A stretch of DNA of 7,704 nt from an uncultured Gammaproteobacteria bacterium (GTDB taxonomy: Bacteria; Patescibacteriota; Microgenomatia; Daviesbacterales; UBA10151). Location: the NCBI GenBank assembly GCA_964522265.1, contig CAZFVS010000014.1, forward strand, positions 7,584 to 15,287, given 5' to 3'. A program made the position numbers and the translations under genes. Of the stretch, positions 1 through 5,376 are shown in pieces; the stretch's first letter is position 1; every line of letters starts with the position of its first letter. The notes beneath the pieces are model-generated. The model saw only the letters and a list, made by a program, of their open reading frames with translations. It made no database searches and had not been told where the DNA came from.

Positions 1-258
1 AGGACACAGATTTATTTGCCAGAAGATTTAAGAAGAGAGATAGACCGTGACCGTGCCCAAAGTGGGGAAAGCAGGGCTGAATATTTAAGAAAAGCTGCTG
101 CAGAACGTATTGTTAGGCGGAGAAAAAGCAAAGTTGATCTTAAAAAATTGGCAGAAGAATTAGGTCGGGGTGTCAAAAAAAGCGGTTGGGAGGGTATGGG
201 TGTGAAAGAAGTGGTTGCCTGGCAGAGACGCATCAGGAAGGACCGTAAAATTTTTTAA
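1..258 (+). CDS. vapB: Ribbon-helix-helix (CopG/Arc-type) antitoxin, VapB-like; 5' end probably upstream of the window
   Basis: The frame is open from nt 1 (RTQIYLPEDLRREIDRDRAQSGESRAEYLRKAAAERI). This is the typical RHH beta-strand, helix, helix N-terminus. The TTG at 16 used by the ORF track would truncate the beta-strand, so the true start is likely off-window. The stop TAA (256-258) overlaps the ATG of the downstream PIN gene by 1 nt (TAATG), a classic type II TA coupling. Confidence 0.75.
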   Translation, partial: RTQIYLPEDLRREIDRDRAQSGESRAEYLRKAAAERIVRRRKSKVDLKKLAEELGRGVKKSGWEGMGVKEVVAWQRRIRKDRKIF

Positions 259-632
259 TGTATCTGGTAGATACCAATGTTTTAATATTGGCTATAGATA
301 ATAAAGAGCCTGCTCATAGCTTCCTTCAAAAAATTATTTTAAAAGGGCAGCTTTACCTTTCTGTTATTGCTATAGCAGAATTTTTAGCTAGGTCCTCTGA
401 CGATGAAGATGCAGAATTAGAAAAACTTTTAGCTACCTTCCCAATAATTGAAATTGATTTGCAAGTATCTAGATTAGCCGCTGGATATAGAAAAAAGTTC
501 CTGAAAATCAGGAGAGTTCAGCTTTTGGATTATTTTTTAGCAGCTCAGGCTAAATTAAATAATCTTACTCTTGTTACGAACAACAAAGCTGATTTTCCAA
601 TGAAAGATATTAAGATAATCTCTCCTTCATAG
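258..632 (+). CDS. vapC: PIN-domain ribonuclease toxin, VapC family
   Basis: The N-terminus MYLVDTNVLI is the canonical PIN start with the first catalytic Asp. Later acidic and polar positions (IAEF, LLDY, TNNKADF) are spaced as in VapC. It is 124 aa and translationally coupled to the RHH antitoxin. Confidence 0.9.
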   Translation: MYLVDTNVLILAIDNKEPAHSFLQKIILKGQLYLSVIAIAEFLARSSDDEDAELEKLLATFPIIEIDLQVSRLAAGYRKKFLKIRRVQLLDYFLAAQAKLNNLTLVTNNKADFPMKDIKIISPS

Positions 633-652
633 TTAACCTTATTTGCTTCATG

Positions 653-682
653 TGTGGGACAAGCAATTGTGGGACAATCAAT
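653..682 (+). repeat. Two adjacent 15-nt direct repeats (tgtgggacaaGcaat / tgtgggacaaTcaat)
   Basis: Copies at 653-667 and 668-682 are identical at 14 of 15 positions and head to tail. A partial inverted copy (attgtcc, 697-703) follows. The repeats sit between the vapC stop and the promoter at 729-757. Confidence 0.8.
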
Positions 683-707
683 AGCTATAGCTACTCATTG
701 TCCTTTT
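671..707 (+). terminator. Candidate weak intrinsic terminator / inverted repeat after vapBC
   Basis: ggacaat (672-678) pairs with attgtcc (697-703). This encloses a perfect 10-nt palindrome agctatagct (683-692) and is followed by TTTT (704-707). The stem is AT-rich, so it may be an operator-like inverted repeat instead. Confidence 0.35.
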
Positions 708-728
708 GATGCATCCTTTAGCCTGTAG

Positions 729-757
729 TTGACTTAATCCCATAGTTATAATATAAT
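729..757 (+). promoter_or_regulatory. Sigma70-type promoter: TTGACT - 17 nt - TATAAT
   Basis: The -35 TTGACT is at 729-734 and the -10 TATAAT at 752-757, with a 17-nt spacer. The predicted start is near 763-765. No plausible protein gene lies downstream before the terminator at 1081-1114. Confidence 0.6.
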
Positions 758-763
758 TATCCA

Positions 764-1114
764 GTTCTTTTAAATATCTTCAGGTAGCTTGCGGCGACCA
801 GACCATTTTCAGTTAAGTGATTTGGTTGCTGCAAGAAACCCTTCTGCCGGATTGTCCGGTAGAAGAAAATGGTGATTCAGCTTGGAGGTTTAGGGTGGAT
901 GATGTTGCCCGTGAGCTAGAGGTTCTAGCTCAGTTGGAGATATTGATCTCCGAGGTTGAGGAGATGGTGTTAGGCATCCTCCGTGAGGAGGATGCCGACA
1001 GGTATCAGGGTTGCGCATACCACGAACCCTCTCGGGTTCGTGGTTGCTACTGGTGCGATCTGTACGTCCACTAGCCTTCAAAAGCCGGGGTGCTTAACCG
1101 CCCCCGGCTTTTTT
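764..1114 (+). ncRNA. Unclassified structured RNA, about 350 nt, from promoter to terminator
   Basis: This is a GC-rich island: hand counts give about 48-57% G+C per 60-nt line, against about 33% for a hand-counted vapC line. Both strands are open here (ORFs 817..1074+ and 890..1081-), as expected for non-coding GC-rich RNA. Hand-found helices: 788-802/821-835 (15 contiguous bp including 3 G-U) plus 804-807/816-819; 841-850/856-865 (10 bp, 1 G-U); 912-920/924-932; 934-941/946-953; 973-982/987-996 (10 bp, GUGA tetraloop); 1020-1029/1034-1043 (10 bp). A long-range closing helix, 882-890/1073-1081 plus 894-901/1065-1072 (17 bp, 4 G-U, 3-nt bulge), encloses a nested 998-1003/1058-1063. The G-U pairs would be C-A mismatches on the - strand, which favours a + strand transcript. 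Confidence 0.6.
1081..1114 (+). terminator. Rho-independent terminator
   Basis: A GC stem gccgggg (1084-1090) / ccccggc (1102-1108), extendable by A-T pairs, is followed by six T (1109-1114). Confidence 0.8.
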
Positions 1115-1155
1115 CATACAAATATAAGTGTAGTACAATACTTTACAGTCCTTTT

Positions 1156-2565
1156 ATGAACCAGCACGCTTCTTTTAGCGCTGTGATCAGGAATAGGGGT
1201 TTTTTAAACCTTTGGATAAATCAGATACTGGTCCAGCTTGCTTACAACTCTTTAAATTTTGCCCTGATAATCTGGATATTTAAACTGACAGATTCCAATA
1301 CTGCGGTTTCCGCTCTTCTTTTGTCAATCTATCTGCCTGCAGTGTTGTTCGGATTATTCAGCGGAGTGTTGGTTGATATCACAGACCGCAAAAAAGTGAT
1401 TATCCTAGTAAATTTTTTTCTAGCGCTGTGTTTTTTGAGTCTAATACCATTAAAATCATTTTACCCTGCAATTTTAGTTTTGGCATTTTTAATCAACACT
1501 GCAGTGCAATTCTATAACCCTTCAGAAGCCTCAGCGATCCCGCTGGTGGTCAAAAAAAACCAGCTTCTTTCCGCAAACTCCTTATTTTCAATAACGCTTT
1601 TTTCCAGCTTTTTACTCGGATTTGGTCTGGCCGGGCCGATTCTTACACATTTAGGGATCAATTTTATTTTTAAATTTGAGGCTGTTTTAGCATTTACGGC
1701 ATTTTTACTGGCTTTCCGTTTCCCCTCAGTCATGAACAAACCCGACAAACAGGGGAAACTTTTAATAAAAGCTTTAAGGAGAAAAGATATGCATTCCATC
1801 AAACAGGTAATCTTGCAGGAAATTAGGGAAACAATCAGATTGATACGGGGCAGGCTGATTGTTTTTTCGGCAATCCTGATCATGTCCGGAGTGCAGATGG
1901 TGATAGGAATCTTAGCTGTACTTGTGCCTTCATTTTTTGAAAGGGTTGTGCAAATTAGGGCAACAGAAGCATCACTGGTTTTGGTTTTGCCGTTGGGACT
2001 CGGTATGGTGCTTGGCGGTTTTGCCCTGGGCAGACTGGGCAATAAATTCCCGAGAAGGATTATTGTGGGCAGGGGGATTATTTTAGCAGGGCTGCTCCTT
2101 TTTACTGTCGGTTTTTCGCCGGTTATTTCACCTGCAATTAAATATTCGGAAAGGATGATGAAAAATAACAGGATAATTGTTTTTAAAAAACCGAGGCCTT
2201 TGCCTTTTTTCTACCAGCCGCCTTTGGCAGCAGTTTTAGCTTTTGGTTCGTTCCTACTGGGTGTTGCGATGGTTTCCATTGTGGTCCCATCCCAAACAGT
2301 GATTCAGGACAGCACTCCTGAAGGGGATCGGGGCAAGGTTTTTTCGGTTTTAGGGGTGGCAATGGCAGGAATGTCGCTTCTGCCTGTACTTTTTGCCGGT
2401 ATCATGGCAGATATTTTTGGGACAACACCAATATTTATAGCTTTAGGCGGTTCAATTGCTATCATTGGATTTTTAGCCCTGAAGCCTGATTTTTTCTTCG
2501 CTGAGCACCACCTCCCGCTCCATATGAAACAGTTTTTAGGCTTAGGGCATTGGAGAAAGAAATGA
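1156..2565 (+). CDS. MFS transporter (MFS_3 / EntS-like 'transmembrane secretion effector' type)
   Basis: The protein is highly hydrophobic with many predicted TM segments. Its N-terminus (FRNRGFLNLWINQILVQLAYNSLNFAL...SGVLVDITDRKKV) resembles MFS_3 family exporters. The ORF-track start at 1090 (GTG) lies inside the terminator stem, so ATG 1156 (MNQHASF...) is preferred. No clear SD is present. A weak TTTTCA-17 nt-TACAAT promoter is possible at 1111-1139. Confidence 0.85.
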   Translation: MNQHASFSAVIRNRGFLNLWINQILVQLAYNSLNFALIIWIFKLTDSNTAVSALLLSIYLPAVLFGLFSGVLVDITDRKKVIILVNFFLALCFLSLIPLKSFYPAILVLAFLINTAVQFYNPSEASAIPLVVKKNQLLSANSLFSITLFSSFLLGFGLAGPILTHLGINFIFKFEAVLAFTAFLLAFRFPSVMNKPDKQGKLLIKALRRKDMHSIKQVILQEIRETIRLIRGRLIVFSAILIMSGVQMVIGILAVLVPSFFERVVQIRATEASLVLVLPLGLGMVLGGFALGRLGNKFPRRIIVGRGIILAGLLLFTVGFSPVISPAIKYSERMMKNNRIIVFKKPRPLPFFYQPPLAAVLAFGSFLLGVAMVSIVVPSQTVIQDSTPEGDRGKVFSVLGVAMAGMSLLPVLFAGIMADIFGTTPIFIALGGSIAIIGFLALKPDFFFAEHHLPLHMKQFLGLGHWRKK

Positions 2566-2569
2566 TAAA

Positions 2570-2758
2570 ATGAGGTCAATAAAAAAAGATTTTGTATTGG
2601 TATCTGAACCTATGGATATGGAAGAAGAGACAGCATACAGTTTGAAATACTCATTAAAAGACATTAAAGAAGCTGAAAAGGAGCTTGATAAAGGTCATTT
2701 TGTAACATTAGAAGAGTTAAAGAAAGATTTCATGATGCGTAATAAGCAAAAAGATTGA
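2570..2758 (+). CDS. Hypothetical 62-aa protein; weak resemblance to the C-terminal half of Phd/YefM-type antitoxins
   Basis: The segment DFVLVSEPMDMEEETAYSLKYSLKDIKEAEKELDKGHF resembles, from memory, the YefM segment ..[39 protein letters not shown]. It starts 4 nt after the MFS stop. No toxin partner follows. Confidence 0.45.
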   Translation: MRSIKKDFVLVSEPMDMEEETAYSLKYSLKDIKEAEKELDKGHFVTLEELKKDFMMRNKQKD

Positions 2759-2849
2759 TTAAATTTGCAGTAAGGTAATACTTGTTAATATTGAATACAG
2801 ACAAGGTGTTTATAGATAACTAGGTTTCCTCTAAGGTATATTATACCAA

Positions 2850-4115
2850 ATGTTTTTGAAATCCCTAAAATTAAAAAATTTCAGGAATTACCATGTTTTA
2901 GATCACTCATTCAGCACCCCGATAACTATTTTGATAGGGGATAATGCCCAGGGGAAATCCAATTTTTTAGAAAGTATTTATTTTCTGGCAGCAGCAAAAT
3001 CCCCCAAAGCCGAAAGAGACGAGGAGATAATAAGGTATGGGGAGGATGTGGTGAGGGTAGAGGGGGTGGTGGAAAATTCAGAACAACTCGGAAAAACTCA
3101 GAGAATCAGCGATTCAAAAATTCAGATAAACCGGAATTCTGGTTTACAGAGTTCTTCTGAGTCATTCCGGACAAATCTGGAAATTACGATGCAGTCTGTT
3201 GATGGCCTGCCTGCCGGCAGGCAGAAAAAACTTAAGAAAAGAATTCAGGTTAACGGCATCCCAAGAAGAATCTCTGATTACAGCGAGAATTTGGCAGTTG
3301 TGGCGTTTGCTCCGGAAGATATCAATATGGTAACAGGTCCGCCGTCTCTTAGACGGGACCACATTAATCAGGTTATTGCACAAATTGACCGCCAGTATAA
3401 AAAGATATGGTCAAGCTATGAGAATATCATTGTCCGGAAAAATAAACTTTTAAAGATGATCAAAGAAGGAACTGCAAAAATTGGAGAATTAGATTTTTGG
3501 TGCAGCGAGCAGCTTAGGTTTGCAGAGGAGATAGTTTCTAAAAGGCAGGAGTTTTTTGAGTTTATCAGTGGTGCAGAAAAAAAATTTGGGGATTTCAAAT
3601 ATGAATACCAGCCCAGTATTTTGACCCCAGAAAGACTTATGGAATACCGACAAAAAGAGATTGACGCTGCTGTCTCGCTGATAGGTCCGCATCGGGATGA
3701 TTTTGCATTTTTGATAACAGATTCAGAAGAACTCGGAAATACTCAGAGTTCCAAGAAATCAGAAGATCAGATAAACCGGAATTCTGGTGTTTCTGATCAT
3801 CCGAGTCATTCCGAGTCATTCAGGAGAAAAGATTTGTCAAAATATGGCTCGAGAGGTGAACAACGAACAGCAGTGTTAGATTTAAAAATAGCAGAAGTCT
3901 CTTTTATGGAACAAAAAATGGGTTCAAGGCCGGTGCTGCTTCTGGATGATATCTTCTCAGAACTTGATTTGGAACACAAAAAACATGTGGTTGAGCTTGC
4001 CAAGCTGCAGCAAACGATCATTACAACAGTTGAGCTTGATAAATACCTTCAGAGCCAGTTTAAAGAAGCAGAGGTATTGGAGGTGAAAAAAGGGAAGATA
4101 AATATTAAGCAATAA
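2850..4115 (+). CDS. recF: DNA replication/repair protein RecF, carrying in-frame insertions
   Basis: The N-terminus LKLKNFRNY is present. So are the Walker A GDNAQGKSN (from 2937), FAPEDINMV, GPHRDD, the signature SRGEQRT and the Walker B LLLDDIFSELD. At 421 aa it is longer than the usual 360-375 aa. The excess maps to the repeat copies at 3078-3170 and 3723-3824 and to the palindrome at 3207-3224. Confidence 0.92.
   Translation: MFLKSLKLKNFRNYHVLDHSFSTPITILIGDNAQGKSNFLESIYFLAAAKSPKAERDEEIIRYGEDVVRVEGVVENSEQLGKTQRISDSKIQINRNSGLQSSSESFRTNLEITMQSVDGLPAGRQKKLKKRIQVNGIPRRISDYSENLAVVAFAPEDINMVTGPPSLRRDHINQVIAQIDRQYKKIWSSYENIIVRKNKLLKMIKEGTAKIGELDFWCSEQLRFAEEIVSKRQEFFEFISGAEKKFGDFKYEYQPSILTPERLMEYRQKEIDAAVSLIGPHRDDFAFLITDSEELGNTQSSKKSEDQINRNSGVSDHPSHSESFRRKDLSKYGSRGEQRTAVLDLKIAEVSFMEQKMGSRPVLLLDDIFSELDLEHKKHVVELAKLQQTIITTVELDKYLQSQFKEAEVLEVKKGKINIKQ
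3078..3170 (+). repeat. Palindromic MITE/RPE-like element, copy 1, in frame inside recF (codons 77-107)
   Basis: It is 93 nt, or 31 codons (SEQLGKTQRISDSKIQINRNSGLQSSSESFR). The left end tcagaacaactcggaaaaactcagag matches the left ends of the other copies. The right end gagttcttctgagtcattccgg is roughly the reverse complement of the left end (about 16 of 22). The central hairpin is aaaccgg-aatt-ctggttt. Boundaries are +/- 3 nt. Confidence 0.8.
3207..3224. repeat. Perfect 18-nt GC-rich palindrome ctgcctgcc|ggcaggcag occupying exactly six recF codons (LPAGRQ)
   Basis: All 9 base pairs were checked by hand. It begins on a codon boundary (3207 = 2850 + 357). It lies in a segment (SVDGLPAGRQ) that is extra relative to my recollection of Bacillus subtilis RecF. 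Confidence 0.85.
3723..3824 (+). repeat. Palindromic MITE/RPE-like element, copy 2, in frame inside recF (codons 292-325)
   Basis: It is 102 nt, or 34 codons (SEELGNTQSSKKSEDQINRNSGVSDHPSHSESFR). The first 26 nt match copy 1 at 24 of 26. A central 22-mer tcagataaaccggaattctggt is identical to copy 1. The right end carries a tandem 10-nt duplication ccgagtcatt x2 (3801-3820). It has the same orientation and codon phase as copy 1 (tca gaa ...) and sits just before the RecF signature motif. Confidence 0.8.
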
Positions 4116-4130
4116 TCTAGAAGCAATTTT

Positions 4131-4223
4131 TCAGAATAACTCAGAAAGACTCAGTAAATCAGATAGTCTGAATACCTGATAATCTGAAATACAGGCACAC
4201 AGAGTTATTCCGAGTCTTTCTGA
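4131..4223 (+). repeat. Palindromic MITE/RPE-like element, copy 3, intergenic between convergent genes
   Basis: It is 93 nt. The left end tcagaataactcagaaagactcag and the right end gagttattccgagtctttctga are homologous to the ends of copies 1 and 2; the interior has diverged. tcagaaagactc (4141-4152) is the perfect reverse complement of gagtctttctga (4212-4223). In the phase used inside recF it reads tca gaa TAA, a stop. A T-rich tract (atttgtttgtattt) follows, so it may also act as the recF terminator. Confidence 0.75.
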
Positions 4224-4235
4224 ATTTGTTTGTAT

Positions 4236-4508
4236 TTACTTTTTCCGTTGGAATCTGGCAGCCAGGCGGGAGAGTTGATAAGTGATAAGCATTGCAAACA
4301 CGGTGATCAGTATGGCATAAATAAACTTATAAAATATCCCTGATCCGGGAATTCTTGATTCAATAAACTGTTTTACAAACTCCTGGATTGCCTCATTCCA
4401 AGCCAGTGCTGCCACCAGCCCGAAGCCTGAAGTAGCCAAAGTCAGCATTTGAGTTATCAGTTCAACATGAAACCGTCTTTCCTGTCTAGTCTCTTTTTTC
4501 TTGGGCAT
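4236..4508 (-). CDS. Small membrane protein, DUF5654-like
   Basis: It is 90 aa with a basic N-terminus and two hydrophobic segments. The motif TSGFGLVAALAWNEAIQ resembles my recollection of DUF5654 family proteins. It is convergent with recF. Confidence 0.6.
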   Translation of the reverse strand: MPKKKETRQERRFHVELITQMLTLATSGFGLVAALAWNEAIQEFVKQFIESRIPGSGIFYKFIYAILITVFAMLITYQLSRLAARFQRKK

Positions 4509-4561
4509 ATGCTAATTTTATCATAGAAAAAAATGCGGGAAATATGCAATAATTGTGAGGT

Positions 4562-5269
4562 ATGTTTTTCAAACTAAACCCTTTAAAATTATCCAGAGCA
4601 ATACTCACCAGCGAGATCTTCTTACCCCTAACTCTTGTAGTAACTTATGCTTTGTTTCTTCTGATTGCCAAAGGTGTTTTCCCCACTTCTGAGGAGTTGT
4701 TTAATTCTTTTGGGAACCTTTATGCTAAATATGGCTATGAAATTATTTTTATATCAGCCCTTTTTGAAAGCTTGGTTTTAGTGAACCTGTTTGCCCCTGG
4801 TGGAGGGGCATTGATTTTAGGGGTAATTTTTGCAAGATCAGGGCAAACCCAGCTTGACCTGGTGATCATTGTTGCAGCTTTGGGTGCGGTACTGGGTTAT
4901 ACACTGGATTTTATGACCGGATACTTTGGGCTTTTTGATATTATTAACAGGCTTGGGTATAGAAAAACGATTGATAAAACAAAAATAAAGGTAGGCCAGT
5001 TTGGCAACCAAGGGTTGATCTTGAGTTTTATACATCCCAACCTGGGAGCTTTTGTTTCACTGGCAGCAGGGGTTTTAAAGGTGAAACCCGCAAATTTTTT
5101 TATTATCGCCGTCCTTTCTACTTTAGTTTGGGCTACCTTTTGGGGTTTGGCAGTTTATGCCACTGGTGATATATTTTTAACAATACTTAAAAAATACTCA
5201 TTCCTGGTGTTATTGTTCATTATTGGTGTGATGGTGTTAGGGAAGTTATGGGGGAGAGAGGAAAAATGA
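4562..5269 (+). CDS. DedA / VTT (SNARE-associated) family membrane protein
   Basis: It is 235 aa and multi-TM. The segment YGYEIIFISALFESLVLVNLFAPGGGALILGVIFA matches the DedA-type re-entrant loop region. Confidence 0.7.
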   Translation: MFFKLNPLKLSRAILTSEIFLPLTLVVTYALFLLIAKGVFPTSEELFNSFGNLYAKYGYEIIFISALFESLVLVNLFAPGGGALILGVIFARSGQTQLDLVIIVAALGAVLGYTLDFMTGYFGLFDIINRLGYRKTIDKTKIKVGQFGNQGLILSFIHPNLGAFVSLAAGVLKVKPANFFIIAVLSTLVWATFWGLAVYATGDIFLTILKKYSFLVLLFIIGVMVLGKLWGREEK

Positions 5270-5376
5270 GTAGTGTCAACTTAAGTGAAAACTTGCCCTT
5301 GTCAAAAATGCTAAACGCATTTTTGCAAGCGATCTCGCAAACTTTATGATTATAAAAGAAAGGAGGTTTGCTCCGA

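Noticed and set aside
44-56. Tandem gaccgt gaccgt hexamer
   Set aside because: It simply encodes the DRDR dipeptide repeat in vapB, has only two units and shows no other signal.
12-233. Antisense ORF 12..233 (-) opposite vapB
   Set aside because: It is a shadow ORF fully inside a well-supported RHH antitoxin gene. Its composition is low-complexity and Leu/Ser/Arg-rich.
757-765. DnaA-box-like nonamers (ttatccagt 757-765; ttatccaga near 4587), considered because recF often neighbours dnaA/dnaN and oriC
   Set aside because: Each is a single 7-of-9 match with no clustering and no dnaA or dnaN in the window. One overlaps the promoter -10 region and the other is inside a coding region.
817-1081. 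ORFs 817..1074 (+, 85 aa, GTG start) and 890..1081 (-, 63 aa) as protein-coding genes
   Set aside because: They overlap each other on opposite strands inside a GC-rich island, which is the usual signature of stop-poor structured RNA. There is no SD, the + ORF uses a non-ATG start, the peptides are odd and low in complexity, and the region is fully explained by stable nested helices.
764-1114. Known RNA classes for the structured region: tmRNA, RNase P RNA, SRP/4.5S RNA, 6S RNA, T-box leader, cobalamin riboswitch, ykkC/guanidine-I
   Set aside because: None of the diagnostic motifs is present on either strand as far as I can see by eye. That covers GGAAAGUCC and ACAGAA..GGCUUA for RNase P, a tRNA-like acceptor/T-arm plus tag ORF for tmRNA, and GGAAGCAGC for SRP. 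It also covers AGGGUGGUACCGCG next to the terminator for T-box, GCCACUG/B12 box for cobalamin, and the ykkC motif order. Partial look-alikes (tagggtgg at 891-898, ggtgattc at 871-878) are in the wrong position or context. A covariance-model scan is still needed.
1090-1155. The ORF-track start (GTG 1090) for the MFS transporter
   Set aside because: The first 22 codons would be translated from the terminator stem and T-tract of the upstream RNA. ATG 1156 (MNQHASF...) precedes the first conserved MFS segment.
1512-2579. Antisense ORFs 1512..2042 (-) and 2304..2579 (-) opposite the MFS gene
   Set aside because: They are shadow ORFs within a strongly supported membrane-transporter frame and have no recognisable motifs.
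2759-2849. Possible leaderless or SD-less expression of recF, and similarly of the MFS gene, 4236..4508(-) and the DedA gene; -10-like hexamers (tatatt/tattat 2837-2844) lie just before the ATG
   Set aside because: The -35 elements are poor. A possible SD (taagg 2832-2836) exists at long spacing. AT-rich spacers generate -10-like hexamers by chance. This cannot be supported without TSS data.
3078-3824. The recF insertions as inteins, introns or translational-bypass elements
   Set aside because: They are far too short for inteins and lack the Cys/Ser...Asn junction residues. They contain no in-frame stops, so they need not be bypassed. No group I or II intron features are present. Simple read-through translation is the most economical interpretation.
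3162-4021. Five short antisense ORFs (60-73 aa) opposite recF
   Set aside because: All lie inside recF, whose frame carries every RecF motif. They are typical antisense shadows.
5303-5325. Hairpin caaaaatgc-taaac-gcatttttg after the DedA gene as a terminator; overlapping TTGCAA-16-TATGAT as a Fic promoter
   Set aside because: The stem is almost entirely A-T with only 3 G-C pairs, and the T-run is part of the stem. The promoter match is moderate. Either role is possible, but neither is strong enough to annotate.
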